A stretch of DNA of 64,000 nt from Thermodesulfobacteriota bacterium (GCA_963422265.1 OY729416.1:128001-192000); one strand, 5' to 3'; shown: positions 1 through 10,803, counted from the first letter of the stretch. The notes: generated by a model from the letters alone, not told the origin. A program made the numbers and translations.

Positions 1-2845
1 CGCAGTCATTGCCTTGCTTAATAGCAAAATCGCTGTTAGCGGACATTCTCTCTTTTATATTTTCAATCTCAATCTGAACGCCATTCAGATCAAGCTCAAG
101 AGAATTGTTTTTTAGTCTGAGATCAGACAGGCGAGAGCTTATCATTTCCTTGCTCTCATTGGTAGCCCTTATATCTCTAAGAGTCTGTGCTCGCTCGTTC
201 CTCTTTAGTGAAAGAATATTCTCGCTTTGACTGAGTGCAATACGATAATTTTTAATTTCCCTAACCGTGCTTTTATCCTTTTCAATTAGATTGAGTTTCT
301 CCTGTTCTCTCGCTTCAATATTACGCGCCTCGGACCCAAGTCGCTTGGCTATTTCCCCTTTCCTTTTGTCAATATCCGTAAGGTCTTCCTGTATATTCTT
401 TCTCTTTTCAATGAGTGATGCGCAAGTAACCTTTATGTCGGCAATTTCACTTTCCAAAGCCTTTTCTTTGCCTTCTGCGCTTTTGATCTTTTCCTCAATT
501 TCTTTGAACTGCTGCTCAAAGTCAGTTTTCTCAACGTCTAACAACCTTATTTTTGCGTTCATTTCCTCAAACGTCTTTGACTTGTCGTTTATTTCACTGT
601 CCGTCCGTTCCGAGCTTTTCCCTATTGCTTTAATCCTTTCTTCTACCTTCTTGAGATTGCTCTTAACGTTGATTATGTCTTTTTTGGCTTCCGCCTCTTT
701 GATTCCAAGCTGTATCAACTCTCTATCACTTTCTTTTATCCTTAGCTTCACGTTCCTTATTCTATTTTCATCCGATTTTATTTCAGTAGACATTACCCGT
801 GTCTGATCCTCAAGCTTCGCAACCTCGTTTATGAGGGTCTCAATCTCCGCTTTCCTCTCTATTGCCCCTGGCTGGGCTGCGCCCCCGGCAACTGCTCCGT
901 CTGAATATGCACCATCCCCTCCAGGAGTAACAAAAGACAATCCACCGTCCATACGCAACCTGAGTTCAAGCGCCTTTTCTATTGAAGGCACGAGCAAGGT
1001 CTTTTCTAATATCCCATCAATAAATCCTAGTTTTTCTTTATCTAGCTTAACTACCTCGGAGAGCGTTCGTAAGTTGTCGTTCCTTTTATTATTAGGCGTT
1101 TTATAGTTCGCGCCTTTGGTCGCAATAAAAGTCGCTCTTCCTGAGGAGCGTTCCCTGAATGATTCAATAGCGGCAATTGCGTCTGAGTTGTCTCTCACCA
1201 CTATCCAGCTTGCCTTCTCTCCTAATGACGCTTGTGCAGCTTTTTCATAACCCTTTGAAACGGAGATAAAATCCGCTACCGTCCCTAATACTCCTTTGCC
1301 TTTATTATCAATGATAAAATTCCCTATCTCTTTAGGGAGCCATTCGTAGTTAGACTGAATTTGGTTAAGGGCATTTAGGCGCGACGTATCTCCCTTGAGC
1401 CTTTCATTAAATCTGTTTTTCTGATTAAGCTTAGTGCCGAGGAGTTCATTCAGAGAATCAAGCGTTAGCTCTAATTGGTTTTTATCTTCGTTAACCCTCT
1501 TTTTTATAGCCTCGTTTTTCCTGAGTAGTCCTTCTAATTTAGCTGCTTCGTCAGATAATTTATTCTTTTCTGACTGGGCTTCCTCAATTTCTTTTAAGAG
1601 TAGCTTTTTTCTCGATCTCAATTCTTCTAGCTCTCTTTGATGTCCTAACGCCACTCCCTTAAAAGCACTGTAGTCATTCAGGATTTTGAAAAGCCCACCT
1701 CTAACTTCCTGTCGCTTCCGGTGGATTTCAGACGAGCCGGCTCTGTGAATTAAGAGTTTGCTCTCCTTATCCTGAATGCGTTCTCGCTCGGACTCTAATA
1801 GCATATTAACTCGGGAGCGCGCGGCTTTTTTTGCTTCTGTAGTGGCTCCTATATTCTCTTGCTCCTGATTCAGCAAAGCCGTCTCGCTCACAATCTTCTC
1901 TATAAACCTATCAATGCTGGAAATTTCACTCTTTATAAGTTCCCGAGAAGATTCTTTTGACTGGATACTGGCGTTGGCAAGATAATTCTGTCTTTCAAGC
2001 TCTACTACTTCTTTCTCTAAAGAAGCTGCTTTGCCTTCGAGTCCCTTGAGGCACTTTGAAACAAGGATGATTTCTTTTTCCGCTTCAGACGCAGACTCGT
2101 CAACAACTAATTTATCTTCCAGTATTATTTTCTTGCTGTTTTCCAGATTGCGCAGCTTTATCCGTAATATCTTTAGCTCAAGTTCACTCGTCCTCTTAGA
2201 TAGCTCTCTGAATTTTTGGGCTTGCTTTGCCTGTGCATCAAGGTTGTCCATCTGCCGTTTTACTTCATTAGTCATGTCCTGCACGCGACTTAAGTTTTCT
2301 TTGGCACTTCTGATACGGGTCTCGGTCTCTCGGCGCCTGATCTTGTATTTTCTTATCCCCGCCACCTCTTCCACAAAGACCCTCTTATCTTCGGGTTTTG
2401 CTGTGATCAGTTGATCTATCCTGCCTTGACCTATGACTGAGTAAGACCTTGCGCCAGAGCCGGTATCTATAAAAACGTCTGTAACATCTTTTAATCTACA
2501 ACTGACCCCGTTTAGATAATATTCTCCCTCGCCCGACCTGAATATCCTCCTCTTTATTTCAACCTCTTCAAAATCATAAGAGGGCACGTCCTTGAGCACT
2601 AGAGACGCCTCAGCCATACCAAGCGGTTTTAGTGTCTCGCTTCCATTTGATATCAACTCTTCCATTATGTCTGCCCTAAGCTGTCTGGGGTTTTGCTCTC
2701 CAAGAATCCACCTTATGGCATCTAAGACATTTGATTTGCCGCACCCGTTGGGTCCAACCACGGCGTTCAATTGTCCGTCAAACTGTATTTTAGTGTTTTC
2801 GTAAAATGACTTAAAGCCGGTGAGGCTAAGGGATTTGATCTTCAT
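1..2845 (-). CDS. smc: Chromosome segregation protein SMC (5' part; runs off the left edge)
   Basis: Not in the ORF track because there is no stop in the window. My translation from ATG 2845 gives MKIKSLSLTGFKSFYENTKIQFDGQLNAVVGPNGCGKSNVLDAIRWILGEQ (Walker A GPNGCGKSN), then YSVIGQGRIDQLI and EEVAGIRKYK, followed by long coiled-coil sequence. Confidence 0.95.
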   Translation of the reverse strand, partial: MKIKSLSLTGFKSFYENTKIQFDGQLNAVVGPNGCGKSNVLDAIRWILGEQNPRQLRADIMEELISNGSETLKPLGMAEASLVLKDVPSYDFEEVEIKRRIFRSGEGEYYLNGVSCRLKDVTDVFIDTGSGARSYSVIGQGRIDQLITAKPEDKRVFVEEVAGIRKYKIRRRETETRIRSAKENLSRVQDMTNEVKRQMDNLDAQAKQAQKFRELSKRTSELELKILRIKLRNLENSKKIILEDKLVVDESASEAEKEIILVSKCLKGLEGKAASLEKEVVELERQNYLANASIQSKESSRELIKSEISSIDRFIEKIVSETALLNQEQENIGATTEAKKAARSRVNMLLESERERIQDKESKLLIHRAGSSEIHRKRQEVRGGLFKILNDYSAFKGVALGHQRELEELRSRKKLLLKEIEEAQSEKNKLSDEAAKLEGLLRKNEAIKKRVNEDKNQLELTLDSLNELLGTKLNQKNRFNERLKGDTSRLNALNQIQSNYEWLPKEIGNFIIDNKGKGVLGTVADFISVSKGYEKAAQASLGEKASWIVVRDNSDAIAAIESFRERSSGRATFIATKGANYKTPNNKRNDNLRTLSEVVKLDKEKLGFIDGILEKTLLVPSIEKALELRLRMDGGLSFVTPGGDGAYSDGAVAGGAAQPGAIERKAEIETLINEVAKLEDQTRVMSTEIKSDENRIRNVKLRIKESDRELIQLGIKEAEAKKDIINVKSNLKKVEERIKAIGKSSERTDSEINDKSKTFEEMNAKIRLLDVEKTDFEQQFKEIEEKIKSAEGKEKALESEIADIKVTCASLIEKRKNIQEDLTDIDKRKGEIAKRLGSEARNIEAREQEKLNLIEKDKSTVREIKNYRIALSQSENILSLKRNERAQTLRDIRATNESKEMISSRLSDLRLKNNSLELDLNGVQIEIENIKERMSANSDFAIKQGNDC

Positions 2846-3086
2846 TTATGCTGTAACGACTGAACATAATCAAAAGTTGCAAAAATGTAAAGACAAAGAC
2901 GCTGTGGAAGGAGGCGAGCGTCCTGTTGGCTCATAGTGCCTGGGTCAAACAGCTTGCGCGGAGGGTAAACGTGGTCGATGCTAGAACGTTGTCGCCTGAC
3001 GTGAAAGTGATACTATTATAAAAGATTGTTACTTGTTAAAATTGTGTTTCTATTTATCGTAGGCGCGTAGCTTTTTAATATATATC

Positions 3087-4442
3087 ATGGAAATGCACAC
3101 CAAGCCGCTTCCCCAGAATGTAGAAGCCGAACAGGCGATACTGGGAGCTATACTCATAGATGGCGACGCCATAAATCAGGTATTGGAAATCCTGATACCT
3201 GAGGATTTTTATAAAGATGCTCATAGCAACATATACAGTGCTATGATTGATCTCGACCGAGAGAACAAGCCGATTGATCTTATCACGCTGTTTGATCATC
3301 TAAAAGGATTGGGAAATCTGCTGGAAGAGGTTGGAGAGAGCAGCTACCTGACTTATTTGACCGAGCTTGTGCCCACAACTGAAAACGTAGCCTATTACGC
3401 AAAGCTGGTAAAAGAAAAAGCGATAATTCGAAAACTCGTTACGTCAGCAAGCGATATAGCACATCGCGCTAGAGAAGAGGGTATTGACGTAGATGAGTTT
3501 ATAGACAGTGCGGAGCACACGATTTTAGACATATCTCGGAATAAAATTAAGCCGAGCTTCTATGACTCAAAGGAACTTACGACAAAAGCCCTTGAAATGA
3601 TCGACGCTCTACACGCTGACAAGGAGCTGATAACAGGTATCGCCAGCGGATTTGATAGACTAGATCAAATGACCTCCGGCCTTCAGCCCTCGGATCTTAT
3701 AGTCATAGCCGCTAGACCGGGGCTGGGAAAAACCTCGCTTTGTCTTAATATCGCCGCGTTTGCCGCTATCCACGGTGGAGCGTCCGTTGGAATCTTTTCA
3801 CTGGAGATGACCAAGGAACAGTTAATGCTTAGAATGCTTTCAAACGAAGCGAAGGTTAGTTATTCAAATATAAGGAGTGGATATATAAAGGATGGGGATT
3901 TTAAGAAGCTAGTTGACGTTGGGGATAGGTTGAGCCAAGCGAAAATTTATATTGACGACACGCCAGCAATTACGGTGCTCGAGATACGCGGTAAGACGAG
4001 GAGGCAAAAAAAGGATAAGGGGCTAGATTTAATTATAGTGGATTACCTTCAACTCATGAGGGCGTCGAGAAAAACCGAGACGAGGGAGCGAGAAATCGCA
4101 GAAATATCTGGATCTCTTAAAGCGCTGGCAAAGGAGCTAGGTATTCCGGTAATAGCCGTCTCACAACTGAGTAGGCAAACCGAAGCTCGTTCTGACAAGC
4201 GTCCCCAGTTAGCCGATCTGCGCGAGAGCGGGGCGATTGAACAGGACGCGGACCTTGTTCTCTTTATCCACAGAGCGGACGCTTACAAAAGGAATTCTGA
4301 GGAAAAAGATGGAATAGCCGAGTTAATAGTGGGCAAGCAGAGGAATGGACCCACAGGAGCCTTTAAGCTCGCTTTCCTAGATAAGTTAGGCGTCCCCAGC
4401 TTTGAAAACCTTGCGCAGGAATATGAAGACGATTTTGTGTGA
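3087..4442 (+). CDS. dnaB: Replicative DNA helicase DnaB
   Basis: PQNVEAEQAILGAIL N-terminus, AARPGLGKT Walker A, IIVDYLQLM, DLRESGAIEQDAD, KQRNGPTG. Confidence 0.97.
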   Translation: MEMHTKPLPQNVEAEQAILGAILIDGDAINQVLEILIPEDFYKDAHSNIYSAMIDLDRENKPIDLITLFDHLKGLGNLLEEVGESSYLTYLTELVPTTENVAYYAKLVKEKAIIRKLVTSASDIAHRAREEGIDVDEFIDSAEHTILDISRNKIKPSFYDSKELTTKALEMIDALHADKELITGIASGFDRLDQMTSGLQPSDLIVIAARPGLGKTSLCLNIAAFAAIHGGASVGIFSLEMTKEQLMLRMLSNEAKVSYSNIRSGYIKDGDFKKLVDVGDRLSQAKIYIDDTPAITVLEIRGKTRRQKKDKGLDLIIVDYLQLMRASRKTETREREIAEISGSLKALAKELGIPVIAVSQLSRQTEARSDKRPQLADLRESGAIEQDADLVLFIHRADAYKRNSEEKDGIAELIVGKQRNGPTGAFKLAFLDKLGVPSFENLAQEYEDDFV

Positions 4443-4506
4443 TAATGCCGAAGATTCTTTCCACTTTGTTCTGCGTCATCCGCTGACGTCAGTTAGTGAT
4501 GGGACG

Positions 4507-5154
4507 TCAAACCAGCATCGGCTTTACGATTGCCGGCGATTTTACTTCTCCCTTGAAAAGCGCCTCGTTATTTTGCCATCCCTTAAACTTATCCATTATG
4601 CTTTTTAGCTTTTGCTGGACGCTTGTCCAGTGAAAATCCCATTCGTAGCTCCTCTTTCTGTGCCTAAAAAACATTTCTGAGAATATCTCCCTTTCGACGG
4701 GATAGCCTTTTTCAGCTATCCATCCAGTGCGAACGTTTCCATAGCCCGACCCGAACGACATGGCGAAGGACCCGGTGAGACCTAGCCTCTCTGCCCCTTT
4801 AGTGGCGAGTTCTATGAATACGAATAATGCTTCAGGAGCGCTATATCCACGCTCCTCAAAGTTCTCCTGCATAGTCATGAGGTTATCAACTAAGTACATG
4901 GGATAAAAAGTAGGATCGTAAACGGATACGGACTTCGTATAGCCTTCAATGGGTTTTCTTATTATTACGTCTTCCTCTATAACTCCTATCATGAAATCTT
5001 CTTTGTCAAATTCCCCAATATCGCCCGCGAGCTCAAGGGATTTTCGGACGTTATTCCATTCTCTCCGCGCAATTTCAAGGGATCTGTTCAGCCTCTCTTT
5101 ACTATTATTAATATCCTTGGACTCTCCGTTTTTCAAAAGCTCTTCAAGTTTCAT
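4507..5154 (-). CDS. Hypothetical protein (215 aa)
   Basis: Long ORF filling the dnaB-aroC gap with normal protein-like composition; no family recognised. Confidence 0.75.
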   Translation of the reverse strand: MKLEELLKNGESKDINNSKERLNRSLEIARREWNNVRKSLELAGDIGEFDKEDFMIGVIEEDVIIRKPIEGYTKSVSVYDPTFYPMYLVDNLMTMQENFEERGYSAPEALFVFIELATKGAERLGLTGSFAMSFGSGYGNVRTGWIAEKGYPVEREIFSEMFFRHRKRSYEWDFHWTSVQQKLKSIMDKFKGWQNNEALFKGEVKSPAIVKPMLV

Positions 5155-5261
5155 TTTTATCCCCGGTTTCGTTTTAGACTCGGTTAATACTTAGGTCAGC
5201 AAGCAATGATGACAATAATACCCCCGATTAAATTTCTTCTCAATTCTTTAGCATAGGTAAA

Positions 5262-5290
5262 TTTACAATGTTTTGCATATCATATAAAAT
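5262..5290 (+). promoter_or_regulatory. Sigma70-type promoter of aroC (probably a leaderless transcript)
   Basis: TTTACA(5262-5267)-17 bp-TAAAAT(5285-5290), 6 nt before the ATG at 5297, with no SD sequence. Confidence 0.6.
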
Positions 5291-5296
5291 CTTCTC

Positions 5297-6367
5297 ATGC
5301 TCGGAAACTCATTCGGTAACCTGTTTCGTATAACAACTTGGGGAGAATCCCACGGGCCCGCCGTAGGCGTTGTTATAGATGGCTGTCCATCGGGCGTTGA
5401 GATATTAGAAGAGGAGGTTCAATACGAGCTAGACCGACGGCGTCCGGGTCAGAGTAGAATAACTACCCAAAGGAATGAGATGGACAAGGTGGAAATCCTC
5501 TCCGGAGTGTTTGAGGGAAAAACGCTCGGAACCCCTATTTCTTTAATGGTAAGAAATACGGATATTATTTCTAAGTCTTATGAGGATATAAAAGGCACCT
5601 ATCGTCCTGGTCACGCTGATTATACTTACGACGCGAAATACGGTTTTAGAGACTACAGGGGGGGGGGACGGTCTTCAAATAGAGAAACCGTAGGTCGCGT
5701 AGCCGCCGCCGCGATAGCCAAGAAGATTTTGAACACGAATGGGATAAAAACTCATGGCTACGTTAAACAAGTCGGCGACGTAGTTGCGGAGAATATAGAT
5801 TTTAACGAGATTGAAAGAAACGTAGTTAGATGTCCGGACGCTGATAAAGCCCAAGAGATGATTGATGCCATAGATTTGGTGAGAAAGGATGGGGATTCTA
5901 TCGGTGGCGTAGTAGAGGTCGTCTCTACCGGAATTCCCCCGGGACTTGGCAGCCCAGTGTTCAATAAAATAGAGGCTGATATCGCCTCGGGGCTGATGAG
6001 CCTCGGGGGCATAAGAGGGTTCGAGGTAGGTCTCGGATTTTCAGTCTCGGAGCTTAAGGGTTCGGAGGCTAATGACCTTATGTATAAAGATAATTCCGGC
6101 GGCTTGAGGTTCAAGACGAATAATGCGGGGGGGCTCTTAGGAGGGATTACGAACGGAGAAGACTTAGTTGTAAGGATAGCAATTAAACCTACTTCCTCTA
6201 TATCAAAAATACAGCGTACGGTAGATAAAGAAGGAAGTCCAAAGGAATTAAGAGTAAGGGGAAGGCACGATCCCTGTCTCTGCCCCAGAGCCGTGCCAAT
6301 CGCAGAGGCAATGGTAAATTTAGTCCTAACCGACCACCTGCTTATCTCAAGAGTTGCAAGATTGTAG
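5297..6367 (+). CDS. aroC: Chorismate synthase
   Basis: [27 protein letters not shown] and RHDPC motifs. Confidence 0.97.
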   Translation: MLGNSFGNLFRITTWGESHGPAVGVVIDGCPSGVEILEEEVQYELDRRRPGQSRITTQRNEMDKVEILSGVFEGKTLGTPISLMVRNTDIISKSYEDIKGTYRPGHADYTYDAKYGFRDYRGGGRSSNRETVGRVAAAAIAKKILNTNGIKTHGYVKQVGDVVAENIDFNEIERNVVRCPDADKAQEMIDAIDLVRKDGDSIGGVVEVVSTGIPPGLGSPVFNKIEADIASGLMSLGGIRGFEVGLGFSVSELKGSEANDLMYKDNSGGLRFKTNNAGGLLGGITNGEDLVVRIAIKPTSSISKIQRTVDKEGSPKELRVRGRHDPCLCPRAVPIAEAMVNLVLTDHLLISRVARL

Positions 6368-6494
6368 GTTATCGAGGCAAGCGCGGCTTTTATTATATAC
6401 TGTTTGGTAGTGTGAAGAGACTATTGCATTGAGTAATTATAATTGGAAGTGTCATTATTGAATTGGACTAATTTGTTATTCCTCATATGTGGTA

Positions 6495-6845
6495 GAATTC
6501 CCCCATCATTTGTAGGGGTAACCCTTGTGGTTACCCATCACCCTTGCGCCTTAAGTTGACCATCCTTCAACAAGTTCAGGATATTGCTAGGGTCGCCCGC
6601 CTCCCTACAGGTAAATAGAAAATCCACCCTGACCCTCCTTTAGAAAAGGAGGGGAGTATCCTTTTCCTCACATACTCCCCATTTAGAAAAGGGGGATATA
6701 GGGGGATTTGACGGGGAGATGGGGAAGAAGAATTCCTTCTTTATCCCCCCCCCCTCTGGATTCCCGCTCGTGGGCGGGAATGACGGACTGGGTTATGAAT
6801 TCCCACTTCCCCCATTTTGTAGGGGGTAACCCTTTCCTTGCTTAG
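6495..6845. repeat. Mosaic of REP-like palindromic repeats (left flank of the GLUG-like gene)
   Basis: GTAGGGGTAACCCTTGTGGTTACCC...CCCTAC (6512-6608), CCCTCCTTTAGAAAAGGAGGGG, CCCCATTTAGAAAAGGGGG, TGGATTCCCGCTCGTGGGCGGGAATGAC (6757-6784). Blocks 6512-6664 and 6661-6726 recur at 10804-10957 and 11084-11150. Confidence 0.9.
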
Positions 6846-6863
6846 ACGATTATAAAACAACTA

Positions 6864-6893
6864 TTGCTATAAGGCGTGTTATTCTAGTATAAT
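6864..6893 (+). promoter_or_regulatory. Putative sigma70 promoter of the GLUG-like gene
   Basis: TTGCTA(6864-6869)-18 bp-TATAAT(6888-6893), bracketed by a 7-bp inverted repeat TTGCTAT/ATAGCAA; SD AAGGAG precedes ATG 6953. Confidence 0.5.
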
Positions 6894-6995
6894 AGCAACT
6901 TTCAGTAAAATCCTAATGAGAAACTAACTAGTCCAAGAAGGAGAAAACTGCTATGAAACATAGCTTTGTTATCAATAAACTAACCATCTCTTCTA

Positions 6996-7019
6996 CCCCC
7001 CCCCCCCCCCCCCCCCCCC
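6996..7019 (+). repeat. C24 homopolymer in the 5' coding region (simple sequence repeat)
   Basis: 24 consecutive C starting in codon 15, encoding poly-Pro ahead of the hydrophobic signal segment. Confidence 0.9.
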
Positions 7020-8014
7020 ATTTTCCACGACATAAGAAACCTTGTTCTGTATTAACACCTATACTATCTACAGTCTTCTTTGCTTTATCTGCTCTCTTCT
7101 CGCATACTGCACTCGCCCAAACTACTACTGACTACGACACTGATGATAACCAACTTATAGAAATATCTAACCTTGCTCAGCTCAACGCTATTCGCTGGGA
7201 CCTAGACGGAGATGGACAGGTAGATAGTTCTAGTAATAGCGCGTCCTACACTACTGCCTTCCCCGACGCACAAGCCTCTATGGGTTGCCCCTCTTCCGGA
7301 TGCATAGGCTATGAACTGACCACAGACTTAGACTTTGACGAGGACGGCGATGGTGCTATTACAGAAACGGGTGATCCTACTTATTGGAACGGCAGCCGTG
7401 GCTGGATACCCATCTTTTCTAGCCGTAGCCATTTTAACGCGACCTTCGAGGGCAACGGAAATACTATCTCTAATCTATTCATCAACTTTACTACGCCGAG
7501 CGAGACCACAAGAACTCTCAACTTAGGGTTATTCGGCATAGTGGGCACCTTAGGTAAAGTGCAAAACTTGGGTTTGAAAAAAGTTAAAATAACTCAAAGT
7601 ACTAATAGCATATATCAGATATCCCAGATCGGCGGTCTAGCTGGGGGGAACGAGGGCAACATCACTAGTTGCTATGTTACTGGTGAAGTAACGCAAGCTG
7701 GGGCGAAAGCTCCGAACATTAAGCTGGGTGGTTTGGTTGGTGTAAACGGCAACAAAGGTAAAATTACCAAAAGCTACTCCACAGCCAATGTGCAAGGGGG
7801 AGGTGTTGTTGGTGGACTGGTCGGGAGCTCTTCCGACTCCACCATCCGGGTTGCCTATGCCACTGGTAGCGCGCAAGGGGGGCATCGTGTTGGTGGGTTG
7901 GTCGGAATGGTCTCAGGGGGTATCATAGACTCCGTTTACTCCATCGGCAGAGTAAGGAGGACAGGATGGAGCAGAGGTGGGCTGATTGGGATACAGGCTA
8001 CTCATTTTTCAGGT

Positions 8015-8046
8015 GGAGCTAGTGAAATAAGGAGCTAGTGAAATAA
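8015..8046 (+). repeat. Perfect 16-bp tandem duplication causing a frameshift
   Basis: GGAGCTAGTGAAATAA x2. Confidence 0.95.
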
Positions 8047-10755
8047 ATAGAGCATACTGGGATGTATCAACTTCCATAGAAGCCTACCGCGGAGATTATG
8101 TAAGTGCAAGTGTGCAAGGTAAGACCACGCGAGATCTGCAAATGCCTACAGGCTATACCGGAATTTATTCTGATTGGAATGTAGATGTGGACGGAGATGG
8201 GAGCCTTGATGATCCGTGGGACTTTGGCAAGTTCCATCAGTATCCAATAATAAAGGGAGTGCTGGGGCAACGCAGAGCATTTATCCATGCCGACCATTGG
8301 AATTCTGCAATAGTAGGCGAGTATGTAACAGTTGGGCTGATTGGGAAGAACCTGAGGGATAAACGCAAGGATAGTAGTAATGGCGACGGTGCAGGTAATT
8401 GGAAATGGGAACGTTCATCTAACGGCGTCAGTGGTTGGGTGGATGTCTCTAGTAGAAGTCTAGCAAGTGAGTATAAGAGCTACCTATTTATCCCAGAATC
8501 TAGAGATACAAATCACTTTCTAAGAGCGCACGTAACGATTGAGCACCCAGACGGCAAAGAGGAAGAGGTGTACACAACAGCGATAGTAATAAGGGCTGAC
8601 AGTACTCGCTATCGCACCTACACAGATGACAGTCTTAGTGGAGGATTTTTGCATACAGGCGATAAGGGAACGCTACGGGTATCAGTCTATCCACGGCATC
8701 GCACTTATTGGCGTTGGAGGCGCTGCGATGACGCGGGCATGTCTGCTAACTGCCAATACGTCTTTCCTTTAAGCGCTAGTGGTGAATATAAGCCTGTGCA
8801 AGCTGATGTAGGCAAGTATTTGCAAGCATATGTTTACTACACGGATAGGAATGGGGCTTGGACTAGAGTAACCACTAAGGTTGTAGGTCCTGTGTATGAC
8901 TACGACAAAGACGATGACGGCTTGATAGAGATATCCAATCTAGCCCAGCTCAATGCCATACGCTGGGACCTAAACGGTGACGGGCAAGCAGATAGGAGTG
9001 GCGATGCATCGGATTACGGCGATGCATTCCCAACATTCCCAAAGCCTGATGGTATTAACGACATGGGTTGTCCGTCCCCCTCTGGTTGCACAGGCTACGA
9101 GTTAATAACCGACCTAGACTTTGATGAGAACGGCGATGGGATTATTGATAGTTTAGATGCCACGTATTGGTACGACGGTGCTGGTTGGCAACCCATAAAT
9201 CATAATGGAGGTGCTATTACCTTTGAAGGCAATGGCTATACTATCTCCAACCTCTATCTCAATTGTGATAACAAAAGTAGAGTTGGGCTGTTCTCAGAAA
9301 TAGACTCGCCGCAATTACTAAAGAATCTGAATTTAACCAACGTAGAAGTAACTGGGGGTCATTATACAGGTGCGCTGGTAGGTTACGTAAATGGAGGAAC
9401 CATATTTAATGTTCATTCTACAGGTGAGGTAACTGGTCGTAATGGTACAGGTGGTCTAGCAGGTAGGATAACAGACAACGGTTCTATAGAAGGTTCTTGG
9501 TCTAGCGTCACGGTGTCTGGCGAAGATAGAATTGGCGGTTTGGTAGGGCATTTAGAAGAAAGCAGCCTCACCGAGAGCTACGCTACAGGGGTTGTTAGAG
9601 GGAATAGTAAAGTTGGTGGTTTAGTAGGAGAATCTAGCGGTGATATCAAAGTTGCTTATGCCGCCGGAGGTGTAACTGGTACTGACCGAATTGGTGGTTT
9701 AGTAGGGGATTTGCAAGGCGGTAGTGTGGAAGCTGTTTACTCCATTGGCAGGGTGCTAATGAGACGAAGCTCTTCGGGAGCAGGTATTGGAGGATTGATA
9801 GGGTTTCATGGTAGCGGTATAGTGGGAGGAAGCAGTAAAGGTGTGTACTGGGATAGGGAGACTTCAGGGCAAAGCGGAGCAGGGGCAGGAGTAGATACGT
9901 CTATTGTCCAATCTAAAACCACTAGAGAGTTGCAGATGCCTCTGGGCTACACTGGAATTTATGCTGGGTGGAACTTGGATTTAGACAGGGACGACATCGG
10001 TGATGAGCCATGGGACTTTGGCGGGTCACGTCAGTATCCGGTGATAGCGGGAGTGCCGGGACAACGTAGAGCATTTATCTCTGCTGACCATTGGAATTCC
10101 GCAGTAGTAGGGGAGCTTGTAACAGTTGGGCTAGATCAATCCATAAGAAGTCTACGCATAGAAGGTTGGAAGTGGGCAATTTCACCTAATGGTATTGATA
10201 ACTGGGTGGATGTCTCTAGTAGAAGTCTAGCGAGTGAGAATAAGAGCTACCTATTTATACCAGAAGCAGGCGATGCAGATAAGTATCTACGAGCGCATGT
10301 AACGATTAAGCACTCAGACGGCAAAGAGGAAGAGGTTTACACTACTACTTTAATGGTAAAAAGAAACAGCACAGCTAGCGATACATCTGGCGTTTTTCTT
10401 TCAGGAGATACGTCTCCACAGGTTGGGCAAGCAATACAGGTAGAAGTAAGTAGTGGTGATTGGGATGATAGTAATCCTAGTAGTCATGGAGACGATGTGA
10501 ATATTCCGGTGCATCGCAGTTACTGGCGGTGGGAGCGTTGTGATGACTTGGGGATGTCAACTAACTGTGAATACGTCTTCCCCGCAGGGGCTAGTGATGA
10601 ATATATGCCTGTGTCAGCGGATTCGGGTAAGCATCTGCGTGCTTATGTTTACTACACGGATAAAGATAATGGCAATGCTTGGTCTAGGGCAGCCACTAGC
10701 GTTATTAGTATTCCATAAGTTGCCTATAATAATATTCTTCAAGTAACGAATTCTA

Positions 10756-10802
10756 AGGAGATGAGTGGTTAGTTAGTAATAGCTAGCCGCTCACCTTTTT
10801 TT
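10756..10802 (+). terminator. Rho-independent terminator after the GLUG-like gene
   Basis: 14-bp stem TGAGTGGTTAGTTA-GTAA-TAGCTAGCCGCTCA (with G-U pairs and a GNRA loop), followed by CC and T7. Confidence 0.8.
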
Positions 10803-10803
10803 C

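Larger units (their letters stand above)
6953..10718 (+). pseudogene. Large secreted two-unit GLUG-motif (beta-helix-like) surface protein, frameshifted by a 16-bp tandem duplication (ORFs 6953-8038 and 8112-10718)
   Basis: Signal peptide ending TALA-Q, repeated VGGLVG/IGGLAG motifs, and DYDxDDxxLIEISNLAQLNAIRWDLxGDG twice. Removing one copy of GGAGCTAGTGAAATAA (8015-8030/8031-8046) joins both ORFs (…GGASEINRAYWDVSTSIEAYRGDYVSASVQGKTTRDLQMP…) into 3750 nt, or 1249 aa. Confidence 0.85.

Noticed and set aside
267-2804. Plus-strand Ser/Leu/Phe-rich ORFs in the track
   Set aside because: They are antisense shadows of the smc coiled-coil gene. The same applies to the short antisense ORFs inside carB, argS, tolQ, hisA/hisF, the TamB-like gene and others.
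2846-3086. Possible oriC or structured RNA between the divergent smc and dnaB genes
   Set aside because: No cluster of DnaA boxes (TTATCCACA) and no recognisable RNA family; a lone TTATCCACA near 26944 upstream of carB is insufficient.
5658-5667. G10 tract in aroC as a phase-variation site
   Set aside because: It encodes the conserved RGGG motif of chorismate synthase, is in frame, and lies in a core biosynthetic gene.
8436-10342. Possible diversity-generating retroelement TR/VR pair
   Set aside because: Both copies are coding parts of one gene, mismatches are not confined to adenines (e.g. C/T and G/T differences), and no reverse transcriptase is present.
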